Origin: Patescibacteria group bacterium
Lineage (GTDB): Bacteria; Patescibacteriota; Patescibacteriia; 2-12-FULL-57-11
Assembly: GCA_004297205.1 (NCBI GenBank)
Contig: SCUL01000001.1
Coordinates: forward strand, 157,862 to 221,861
DNA: 64,000 nucleotides
Reading direction: 5' to 3'
This document shows, in pieces, positions 1 to 7,705 of this stretch. Position 1 is the first letter of the stretch. Each line of letters starts with the position of its first letter. Below the pieces are notes generated by a model that was given only the letters and a program-made list of their open reading frames with translations, did no database searches and was not told where the DNA came from. The position numbers and the translations under genes were made by a program.

Positions 1-467
1 GGGGTGATCGCGGACCGGATGCCGGTCGGCACGGAGGACGTGAGGCGTCGGATGCATTCCTCAGCATCGGTCGGAAGGACGACGGCCACCGTCCGCCAAC
101 CAGGCAGTTCCCGGATGAAACTCCGTGAAAGCGCTTGGAGATGCGTTCCGTCGACGATGACGACTGGCTTCTCCGTTGCGAGAATCATATCTCGGACGCG
201 TTCAACGTAGATGCGCGTCAGCACGTCGTTGCGCGCGTTCTCCTCCCGAATGCTCGCCAGCCTCGAAATCGGCTGGCCAACGCTCTGCGCCTCCTCGGCG
301 ACCCGCGCCCGCGTCTGCGGATCATGGCGCAGGTCCTCCAAAAAACGATCGCGCTCGATCAGATACGCGTCGTTCTCGCGGACCAACTGCGCTGCGAGCG
401 TCGTTTTGCCGGAGAACGGCAAGCCCACGAGAACGTATATCGTCCTAGTAACAGGCGCCGTATTCAT
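1..467 (-). CDS. P-loop (AAA_33/polynucleotide-kinase-like) kinase, runs off window edge
   Basis: Manual translation from ATG 467: MNTAPVTRTIYVLVGLPFSGKTTLAAQL...VVIVDGTHL...EECIRRL. Walker A GLPFSGKT and Walker B VIVD; no stop before position 1. Not in the ORF track. Confidence 0.8.
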   Translation of the reverse strand, partial: MNTAPVTRTIYVLVGLPFSGKTTLAAQLVRENDAYLIERDRFLEDLRHDPQTRARVAEEAQSVGQPISRLASIREENARNDVLTRIYVERVRDMILATEKPVVIVDGTHLQALSRSFIRELPGWRTVAVVLPTDAEECIRRLTSSVPTGIRSAIT

Positions 468-1503
468 CCGCGTAGACGACCACCCCGTCCTTCGACACCT
501 GATCAACCATGCGCTGCCAGTCCGCAATCATCTCGTCGCGGTCGTCCGTGAGGAGAGCCGGATGCGTCTGTCCACGCTTTGCCCGGATGCTCACACGACG
601 TACCGGCCATAAATCGGAACCCCACGGGCTCAGAATGACGATGTCAGCCGCCGCATATGTTTCCGGAATGTTGTAGAAATCGTTCGGATCAGTCGTCGGA
701 GGGAAAATTGTCTTGGCACGGTAAGCGGTCGGACCGGGCTGTTGCGTCTCGCCGCGGGAAAGATAGGCGCAGCCCGCTTCTCGCGCATACGCGATCTTTT
801 CGATCTGTTCGCAAGGGGCCCCCAACATCGAGGCAATCTTGCGATGCGTCTCGTCGTACGCGCCTGCCGGACAGAGCGCGGGATCCATCGTCCCGAGCAT
901 AGGCCCTTCCCACTCGCTGATCTCCAACGATCCCTTCGACCACTGGTACCCGCGAGGCGACCCGTACCAGGTCATCACGTAGTAGGCCTTCCCTACAGAC
1001 CCATAACTCCAATCGAGGCGCACGTCCTTGACGGGATACGCGTCCCAGAGCGCGCGGGAGAAAAAAAGCTCCTGGTAAATGGAACTCGGGGGCAAGAAAC
1101 CGACCTTCGCGCCGATGACGCGGCTGTGATCCTTCACATACTGATCCGATGTCGCGGCGACAAGCTGCCCTTTTTGAAAGTCGTCGTTCGGATTGCGACT
1201 TTCCCCGTCCGTTGCTGCTTTTTGGGAAACTTTTTCTTCTACCACGCGAATCCGTGCAGACAACCCACCGACCTCGCCTCCTGTCTGTCGAATACGGTCG
1301 GAAAGGTTGTTGAACTGCGATTGACTTATTCCCATGACGGATACGGTCTTCCTCCAGAAAATGCCGGCGCCCGCGACAGAGACCAGGAGGAGAAGTGCGA
1401 CCGTGGCCACACCGAATACAGGCAGCATCCTGCGCAACCTGTGAAGTCCTTCACGTTCTCGCTGCAGGAACTTCTCCCACATTCTCATAGAGAGATGATA
1501 CAC
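445..1503 (-). CDS. Hypothetical membrane-anchored exported protein (N-terminal TM, short coiled coil); start uncertain
   Basis: 352-aa ORF with hydrophobic VFGVATVALLLLVSVAGAGIFW; stop overlaps the kinase start. Confidence 0.6.
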   Translation of the reverse strand: MYHLSMRMWEKFLQREREGLHRLRRMLPVFGVATVALLLLVSVAGAGIFWRKTVSVMGISQSQFNNLSDRIRQTGGEVGGLSARIRVVEEKVSQKAATDGESRNPNDDFQKGQLVAATSDQYVKDHSRVIGAKVGFLPPSSIYQELFFSRALWDAYPVKDVRLDWSYGSVGKAYYVMTWYGSPRGYQWSKGSLEISEWEGPMLGTMDPALCPAGAYDETHRKIASMLGAPCEQIEKIAYAREAGCAYLSRGETQQPGPTAYRAKTIFPPTTDPNDFYNIPETYAAADIVILSPWGSDLWPVRRVSIRAKRGQTHPALLTDDRDEMIADWQRMVDQVSKDGVVVYADEYGACY

Positions 1504-1523
1504 CCGTTGTACGAAAAAACATC

Positions 1524-1647
1524 TGGAGCCTGAGGTCGGATTCTCACGCGTTCGCTCCGCTCGCTTTTGAAACCTTTCGGTTTCAAGGCTTCCTCCACGG
1601 GAACCTCACGGTTCCCGACCCCTCCCTGTTCGAATCCCTGCGCGTTG
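1524..1647 (-). repeat. tRNA-Thr-linked structured insert plus 20-bp duplicate of the tRNA 3' end
   Basis: 1524-1543 tggagcctgaggtcggattc is identical to 1648-1667; the insert has hairpins at 1567-1586 and 1599-1616. Confidence 0.85.
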
Positions 1648-1722
1648 TGGAGCCTGAGGTCGGATTCGAACCGACGACCGCCTGTTTACAAAACAGGTGC
1701 TCTACCACTGAGCTACTCAGGC
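1648..1722 (-). tRNA. tRNA-Thr(TGT)
   Basis: GCCTGAG/CTCAGGC acceptor stem, anticodon arm CCTGT-TTTGTAA-ACAGG, GGTTCGAATCC T-arm, encoded CCA. Confidence 0.97.
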
Positions 1723-1729
1723 AAATGGC

Positions 1730-2422
1730 CTACGGACGGCTGCGCGGGCGGGAAAGGGTCCGCAGCTGCAGCAGCGTCAGGAACAACACACCCAGACCCC
1801 CCGTTACCAGCGCGGCTTCGACAAGATAGCCGGACAAGACGGCCGCGTCAAAGGCGGCATGGAGGGTCACCGCCACCGACAACCCGCCGAGGATCAGGAG
1901 CCAGCCGGAGGCCGTCCGGAACCGCGCCGCGCCCATGGTCAAGCCCGTGATGCCGGCGGTCAGCGTGTGGACGAAGGTGGTGAGCAGGAAACGGATGGTC
2001 GAGACGCGCGCCAGGGTGCCGCCAACGGCTTCGCCGGCATGCTGCGGCACCCAATAGGCGAAGAAGAAAAAGTTCTCGACGAAGGCGAAGCCGAGCGCCA
2101 CGGCCACCATGTACATCACCCCGTCGATGACCTGCGTGAAGGAGCGCGTGCGCCAGGCCACGAGAAGCGCCGCGACGAGCATCGTCCCCTTCTCGATCAG
2201 CGCGATGAGTCCGATCTCGACCGGCCCGATTCTGCCGGCGGCGCGGATCGGCTCCTGCAGGAGCACGGAAACGCAGGCGGTCACCATGCCGGCCAGGAAC
2301 AGGCGGAACAGCAGGATGCGCGGCTCCGGCTCGCGGCGGTCTTCCCACAAGTACAACGCCAGCCAAAACACGCTCGGCAAAAGCGCGAGCAGCAGGGAGA
2401 GCGCGATGTACGGGACGGACAT
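1730..2422 (-). CDS. prsW: PrsW-family intramembrane glutamic protease
   Basis: Start MSVPYIAL; DRREPEP, GFAFVEN and conserved His residues; multiple TM segments. First motif reads IEKG rather than EExxK. Confidence 0.8.
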   Translation of the reverse strand: MSVPYIALSLLLALLPSVFWLALYLWEDRREPEPRILLFRLFLAGMVTACVSVLLQEPIRAAGRIGPVEIGLIALIEKGTMLVAALLVAWRTRSFTQVIDGVMYMVAVALGFAFVENFFFFAYWVPQHAGEAVGGTLARVSTIRFLLTTFVHTLTAGITGLTMGAARFRTASGWLLILGGLSVAVTLHAAFDAAVLSGYLVEAALVTGGLGVLFLTLLQLRTLSRPRSRP

Positions 2423-2437
2423 GGACGCAGTATACCA
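2423..2437 (-). promoter_or_regulatory. Extended -10 promoter, probable leaderless mRNA
   Basis: TGG-TATACT-GCGTCC-ATG. Confidence 0.6.
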
Positions 2438-2495
2438 AGAAACCGGACTTGCCCGCTCCCCGGCCGCATGGAAAGATGCCGCGCGGAGGAACGAC

Positions 2496-3230
2496 ATGAC
2501 GAGCACGGATGTCCGTCTGGGAGGGCTCTTCTCCGGCGGCGCCTCGACGCTGCAGGCGATCTTCAAGGAATGCAATGCGACTGGCCGCCTCTGGCAGATG
2601 AGGCCGGGCTGCGCCATCGCGAGTACGTCCGAAGCCGGCGGCATCCCGGCGATCCGGCGTCTGGTGGGCGACGAGAACGTCGCGGTCATCGAGCGGCGGA
2701 ACTTCGCGTCGCGCGAGGCGTTCGGGGAGGCCATCATCGCCTTCTGCCGGGCGCGGGGCGTCGACTGGCTCGGCCAGTACGGTTGGCTGCCGTGGACGCC
2801 CAAGAACGTCATCGAGGCGTTCGCGGGACGGATGATCAACCAGCATCCCGGACCGGTTCGTCCGGGACGGCCGGGCTTCGGTGGACGGTACATGCACGGC
2901 ATCCACGTGCACGCGGCACGGCTGCTGTTCGTCCGGAAGACGAACCGCGACTGGTGGACCGAGGCCACCGCGCAGCGCGTCCACCCCGAGTACGACGAGG
3001 GCGAGGTCCTCCGGGTCGGCCGGGTGACGATCCAACCGGACGACACGCCGGAGACGCTGCAGCGGCGCGTGCTCCCGGTGGAGCACGAGACCCAGATCCG
3101 GACGCTCCAGGACGTCATGCTCGACCGCGTCAGGCCGGCGCGCGACCTGCCGGAGCTGATCCGCCCCGGCGAGGAGGCGCTCCTCGATGCGTGCAAGCGG
3201 GAGGCGATCGCCGCCTACGCCAAGAGGTGA
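2496..3230 (+). CDS. purN: PurN-like formyltransferase (GAR transformylase family)
   Basis: LFSGGASTLQAI, INQHPG, FGGRYMHGIHVH, EYDEG; GGAGG SD at 2485-2489. Confidence 0.8.
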   Translation: MTSTDVRLGGLFSGGASTLQAIFKECNATGRLWQMRPGCAIASTSEAGGIPAIRRLVGDENVAVIERRNFASREAFGEAIIAFCRARGVDWLGQYGWLPWTPKNVIEAFAGRMINQHPGPVRPGRPGFGGRYMHGIHVHAARLLFVRKTNRDWWTEATAQRVHPEYDEGEVLRVGRVTIQPDDTPETLQRRVLPVEHETQIRTLQDVMLDRVRPARDLPELIRPGEEALLDACKREAIAAYAKR

Positions 3231-3261
3231 ACGCGCGTTCCCCTCTTCTTTTTTATGCAAA

Positions 3262-3293
3262 CAAAAACCGCCGCCTTTCGGCGACGGTTTTTG
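3262..3293. terminator. Bidirectional intrinsic terminator after the tRNA-Tyr 3' duplicate
   Basis: caaaaaccgccgcc-tttc-ggcgacggtttttg. Confidence 0.75.
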
Positions 3294-3334
3294 GTGGGCA
3301 GAGAAGGATTCGAACCTTCGAAGGCGCAGGGTCA
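3292..3334 (-). repeat. att-like duplicate of the tRNA-Tyr 3' end
   Basis: First 34 nt identical to 4608-4641; 41/43 nt match overall. Confidence 0.9.
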
Positions 3335-3348
3335 CGTGAGATCAACAA

Positions 3349-3906
3349 TCATGATACCGCTCTGCGCTGTTCCTTCAGCGGATCGAAAGTAAGAATTTCA
3401 ATCCCACCCGAAACCGCGTCATCTACATTCAATCGTCCGCGCAGGTGTGCTTCCTCGTGTTGATACAGCCGTGCCTCTCTTCCATCAAACTTCTCTGATC
3501 TTTTCACGCCCTGTTCATCCATCCATTCCATGACAATCCAATCCGGTCTTTCTACATCCGCGGCAACCACGCCAGCGCTCAAACACAACTCCCTGTAGAG
3601 ATTCGATGTTTCTGACTTTTCTACAATTTTAGGATTGATGAACAACTCAAATCGATCATCAACAAACGTAACGAACACTGATGTGCTCTCACCGATTTGT
3701 GGGGCCGCTAAACCGCGCCCCCAGCCAGTAACAGCTCGGTATTTTATGAGCACCGACTCCATTCTTTTGCCAATTTCTCTCCCCTCTTCCAGTGTCGACG
3801 GAGGGGTTGCCTGCCGTAATACAGGATCGCCCGCGTATCGAATTTCTGGCACCTTATCCAGAACGGTTCCAAAGATTTGAATTCTTTGTTTCAGATATTC
3901 ATGCAT
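3349..3906 (-). CDS. def: Peptide deformylase (variant motifs)
   Basis: GDPVLR, GRGLAAPQIG, ELCLS, QHEEAH; visibly lower GC than its flanks. Confidence 0.88.
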   Translation of the reverse strand: MHEYLKQRIQIFGTVLDKVPEIRYAGDPVLRQATPPSTLEEGREIGKRMESVLIKYRAVTGWGRGLAAPQIGESTSVFVTFVDDRFELFINPKIVEKSETSNLYRELCLSAGVVAADVERPDWIVMEWMDEQGVKRSEKFDGREARLYQHEEAHLRGRLNVDDAVSGGIEILTFDPLKEQRRAVS

Positions 3907-4056
3907 AACTCACTTAAATAGTTAATCACTTCCGTGTGTGTATTCTCACCGAGGTCCTGGCTGGTCAATATAGTCGCAGCATACGAGTATTCGCGTTTCA
4001 AAACAATCTTGAACCACAACTCCATTGTTGGAGCCCGTTCAACTCGCCCGCATTCC

Positions 4057-4094
4057 AAAAAAAAGACGGGCACCAGTGTTCACTGATGCCCGCC
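4057..4094 (-). terminator. Intrinsic terminator of orphan 4100-4372
   Basis: GGCGGGCATCAGTG-AA-CACTGGTGCCCGTC followed by T8. Confidence 0.75.
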
Positions 4095-4099
4095 GGACC

Positions 4100-4372
4100 T
4101 CACGAGCGACGAGTGCGACGCTTCCGAGGACGGTTGTCCTCTTCAGCCTGGTCGAACTCAACGTGGTCGTAGGCCCGCTTGGCGTCGAGAGGCGCAAGCT
4201 GCCGATTCGCAAGCGTAATGAGCTCACGTCGAGCATCTGGCACTCCCCAGAACGACTGCCGACCTGCCAGCCTGATGGAGAGCAGCTCCAGATCGAGGTC
4301 GCTCATCTCGACGGACTTCGGCTTCCTGGACGCCTTCGCCTGCTTCGATCCGCTCTTCTTCTGTCGTGCCAT
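4100..4372 (-). CDS. Small orphan protein with basic termini (90 aa)
   Basis: MARQKKSGSK...RKRRTRRS; GGAGG SD, own promoter and terminator. Confidence 0.65.
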   Translation of the reverse strand: MARQKKSGSKQAKASRKPKSVEMSDLDLELLSIRLAGRQSFWGVPDARRELITLANRQLAPLDAKRAYDHVEFDQAEEDNRPRKRRTRRS

Positions 4373-4524
4373 GGTGACCTCCGTGGTTGGGAGAAATGCC
4401 CTACCGACCACCGTGGACCCCGACGGATTCCGAGCTCTTCGGTTCCCTTCTAACGAACCGCCATCCGAAGCGAATCTGACTATTCGCGTCGCGTGGCGAA
4501 TCGTGGAGAAATATCAACCATTGC

Positions 4525-4553
4525 CTTATATCAAAAAGTGACGGTTTTGTCAA
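4525..4553 (-). promoter_or_regulatory. sigma70-type promoter
   Basis: TTGACA-17 nt-TATAAG. Confidence 0.7.
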
Positions 4554-4579
4554 CCCTCCTGTTTCGAATCCTGAAACGA

Positions 4580-4607
4580 GAAAACGTCCCCTTTCGGGAA
4601 CGTTTTC
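4580..4607 (-). terminator. Hairpin/terminator after tRNA-Tyr
   Basis: GAAAACGTTCCC-GAAA-GGGGACGTTTTC. Confidence 0.7.
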
Positions 4608-4694
4608 TGGTGGGCAGAGAAGGATTCGAACCTTCGAAGGCACAGGGCCAGCAGATTTACAGTCTGCCCCGTTTGACCGCTTCGGTATCTGCCC
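4608..4694 (-). tRNA. tRNA-Tyr(GTA)
   Basis: Anticodon arm GCAGA-CTGTAAA-TCTGC, long variable arm, encoded CCA. Confidence 0.97.
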
Positions 4695-4695
4695 G

Positions 4696-4771
4696 TGGAG
4701 CCGACATCGGGGATCGAACCCGAGACCTCGTCCTTACCATGGACGCGCTCTACCATCTGAGCTATGTCGGC
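4696..4771 (-). tRNA. tRNA-Thr(GGT)
   Basis: GCCGACA/TGTCGGC stem, anticodon arm CGTCC-ATGGTAA-GGACG, encoded CCA; 1 nt from tRNA-Tyr. Confidence 0.97.
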
Positions 4772-4800
4772 CTAACGCAGACTACGTCGTCGTCTCTTCT

Positions 4801-5601
4801 TTACTTCGTTTCCACCGCGGTCATCTCTCGGATGCGCGTTTCGAACTCGCCCAGTTTTTTGTTTTCGACGTTCGCTTCTTTGAGCCGCGCGAAGGTCTCG
4901 CGCGCCACGTCGCGGTTGCCGGCGGTGATGGCCGCCTCGAGCAGCATGTCCAGGTACTTGGGGTTCGCCGGTCTGAGCGTGACGGCCGCCTGATAGTGGA
5001 CGAGCGCCGCAGCGTGTTCACCGCGCGCCGTTTCGAGCTCGCCCAGGTTGGCGAGCACGGAGGCGTCCTTCGGATCGAGCTTCAGCAGGAAACGGAACGT
5101 CTCCTCGGCTTCCTTCCACTGCTTCTCGCGCAGGTACAGGCGGCCGAGCTCTTCGTACGCTTTGACGAACTTGGGATTGATGGAAACGACCTGGATGTAT
5201 TTTGCCTCGGCCTCGCTGGAACGGCCGGCGCGCGCCATCTCGCGGGCCTGGTCCATGAGCTCGCGGATCTGGCGGTCGCCGACTTTTTCGCCGGAGCCCG
5301 CGGTCATGCCGATGCGGCGGTAGCGCTGCTCCAGGTCCGCCGCGCGGGCGGCGAGATCCCTGACCGCGCCGCGCATGGCGACGGCGGTCGGAGTCACTGC
5401 GGACTTGGCGCGGACGAGCCAGTTCTTGGAGAGCCGCTCGGCGCGTCCGGCGATGATCCCCTTCTTGACGCTGGCGTCGCGTTCGCGGGCGATCGTGGCC
5501 ACGTCAATCAGCACGAGTTCCGGGAATTTCCGGACCACGAGGACGGCCAGCGCGATGAGCGCGAGCCCGATGACGGCGCCGGGAATCGCAAACCACAGCA
5601 T
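4801..5601 (-). CDS. Membrane-anchored TPR protein
   Basis: N-terminal TM; TPR-like repeats AYEELGRLY, VLANLGEL. Confidence 0.85.
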   Translation of the reverse strand: MLWFAIPGAVIGLALIALAVLVVRKFPELVLIDVATIARERDASVKKGIIAGRAERLSKNWLVRAKSAVTPTAVAMRGAVRDLAARAADLEQRYRRIGMTAGSGEKVGDRQIRELMDQAREMARAGRSSEAEAKYIQVVSINPKFVKAYEELGRLYLREKQWKEAEETFRFLLKLDPKDASVLANLGELETARGEHAAALVHYQAAVTLRPANPKYLDMLLEAAITAGNRDVARETFARLKEANVENKKLGEFETRIREMTAVETK

Positions 5602-5637
5602 AGGCACCCGGGACTATAGCACCGGTTCCGGGGCCGA

Positions 5638-6423
5638 TCAACCCCGGCCGGCGCCCTTGGCGTCGGCGGCCCGGGCGGCCTCGACGATGGCCGTGAATTC
5701 CGGCGCGGAGAGCGAGGCGCCGCCCACCAGCACGCCGTCGATGACGGGGCGAGCCAGGAATGCGCCGACGTTGTTCTTATCCACGCTGCCGCCGTAAATC
5801 ACCCGGCAGCGGCGGTCGGCCGTCTCCGGCGAGAAGCTGTCGCGCAGCGTTTCGCGGATGATGTAGTGGGAACGGGCGGCGTCTTCCGGATCCACGGCCG
5901 TGCCGCTGCCGATCACCCAAACCGGCTCGTAGGCCACGACCAATTCACCGCGGGCCGGCAGGTCCAGACCTTCAAGCGCCGCGCGCACCTGGCGCTCCAC
6001 CACGACGTCGCGCAACCCCTTGTCCCGTTCGTCGCGCGTTTCGCCGACGCACAACACCGGGATCATCTTGTTCTTGAAGGCGCGCTGGACCTTGGCTCGG
6101 ATCAACGCGTCGTCTTCATGCACGTGGCTGCGCCGTTCCGAGTGGCCGATGATGACGAGCTTCACGCCGAGATCAGCGAGCTCACGACCGGAGACTTCGC
6201 CGGTGTAGGCGCCCTTCTCCTCATGACAAAGGTCCTGCGCGCCGAGCACGACCGGCGAACCGCCAAGCGCGTCCTTCACGGGGGAGAGCGCGGCATAGCT
6301 CGGACAGACGGCGACGCGCACGTCGGGCAGGCGCTTGGGGAGCGCCGCGGCGACGTCCTTGGCCAGCTGCGTCGCTTCGGCGATCGTCAGCTGCATCTTC
6401 CAGTTGCCGATGATGGTGCGCAT
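5638..6423 (-). CDS. tpiA: Triosephosphate isomerase
   Basis: GNWKM, GHSERR, AYEPVW, YGGSV, LVGGASL. Confidence 0.97.
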   Translation of the reverse strand: MRTIIGNWKMQLTIAEATQLAKDVAAALPKRLPDVRVAVCPSYAALSPVKDALGGSPVVLGAQDLCHEEKGAYTGEVSGRELADLGVKLVIIGHSERRSHVHEDDALIRAKVQRAFKNKMIPVLCVGETRDERDKGLRDVVVERQVRAALEGLDLPARGELVVAYEPVWVIGSGTAVDPEDAARSHYIIRETLRDSFSPETADRRCRVIYGGSVDKNNVGAFLARPVIDGVLVGGASLSAPEFTAIVEAARAADAKGAGRG

Positions 6424-6427
6424 AGCC

Positions 6428-7705
6428 TCAAACGTGCAAAAGTTTCTGGAAACGCACGCCGTCCTCGAACGGACCGATCACCGCGAGCCGCAGACGCTCG
6501 ACGCGGAAGATGTCGCGCGCCGCGGCCTGCACGTCCTTGGCGGTGACGGCCATGATCTTGGCGATCTTGTCCTCGGGCGATTCCATCTTCTTCTGGAACA
6601 GTTCCTGGCGGCCGTAAAAATCGGCGACCTCGTTGGACTCCTCGAGTCCGAGCGTGATTTTTCCTTTGATGTATTCCTTGGCGCGGCGCAGCTCCTCGGC
6701 GCCGATGGCCACGTCCTTGGTCTTCTTAAGCTCGGACAGGATCAGCTTGATCGCCTCGTCCACCTTCTCCTTGCGCAAACCGCCGTGCACCGCGAATGCC
6801 CCGGTGTCCTGATACGGGCTGACTCCGGCACGGACCATGTAGGCCAAGCCGCGGCGCTCGCGCACCTGCGTGAACAGGCGCGAGGACATGTTGCCGCCGA
6901 GGATGGTGGCCAGCACGCTCTGCGCCGGCAGGCGCTTGTCGCCGTAGCCGTAGCCCGGGAAACCCAGCATGCACTGCACCTGTTCCGTCTCTTTATAGTA
7001 GGAAACCGCCTTCGGTCCTTTGAGCATGGACGCGGCGCGGAACGGCACGAACGGTTTCGGTTTCGCGCCGGCCTGTTCCTTGGTGGCATCGAAGTAGCGG
7101 TCGACGAGGTCGCGGGTGTTCTCCGGGAGTTTGCCGGCCAGCGCGATCACGAGCCCGCTCGGGCGGTAGTGCTTCTTGCGGTAGGCGGCGACGTCGGCGA
7201 GCTTCATCTTCTCGATGTCCTCGCGCGCGCCGGAGATGCGCCAACCGAGCGTGTTGCCGCGGAACAGCTCCTGCTCGAACAGCTCGTCCACGAACATCAT
7301 CGGGTTGTCCTCGTACATGTGGATTTCCTCGATGATCACCGTGCGCTCGCGCTCGAACTCCTTGGGATCGAAGATCGAGTGGTAGAGCATGTCGGACAAC
7401 ATGTCCAACAGCAGCTCGGCATGCTCGGCGCCCGCCTTGATGTAGTAACCGGTGTGGTCCTTGCCGGTGAAAGCGTTGTACTCGGCGCCGATGGCGTCGA
7501 GGGCGCGGCTGATGATCTGGGTGTTCGGCCGGCGCTTCGTCCCCTTGAACATCATGTGCTCCAGGAAGTGGGAACCGCCGTTCATGACGCGCGACTCGTG
7601 CCGCGAGCCGACCGGAAGCAGGACCTGCACGGTGAAGGCCTTGGTTTCCTGCATCGGCACGAGCACCACACGCGAGCCGTTCTTCAGGGTATATGCGGTG
7701 GTCAT
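6428..7705 (-). CDS. M16-family zinc peptidase
   Basis: HFLEHMMFKGT inverted zincin motif; SSRLF..VRERRGLAY. Confidence 0.93.
   Translation of the reverse strand: MTTAYTLKNGSRVVLVPMQETKAFTVQVLLPVGSRHESRVMNGGSHFLEHMMFKGTKRRPNTQIISRALDAIGAEYNAFTGKDHTGYYIKAGAEHAELLLDMLSDMLYHSIFDPKEFERERTVIIEEIHMYEDNPMMFVDELFEQELFRGNTLGWRISGAREDIEKMKLADVAAYRKKHYRPSGLVIALAGKLPENTRDLVDRYFDATKEQAGAKPKPFVPFRAASMLKGPKAVSYYKETEQVQCMLGFPGYGYGDKRLPAQSVLATILGGNMSSRLFTQVRERRGLAYMVRAGVSPYQDTGAFAVHGGLRKEKVDEAIKLILSELKKTKDVAIGAEELRRAKEYIKGKITLGLEESNEVADFYGRQELFQKKMESPEDKIAKIMAVTAKDVQAAARDIFRVERLRLAVIGPFEDGVRFQKLLHV

Larger units (their letters stand above)
3292..4650. mobile_element. Small integrase-less islet bounded by tRNA-Tyr direct repeats
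   Basis: Direct repeats at 3292-3334 and 4608-4650; AT-richer interior at 3340-4030. Confidence 0.65.

Noticed and set aside
3292-3345. Second complete tRNA-Tyr
   Set aside because: Only the 3' 43 nt match; no anticodon or D arm.
3891-4025. 44-aa AT-rich ORF overlapping the def start
   Set aside because: Possibly the tail of a donor gene, but no recognisable motif; not called as a feature.
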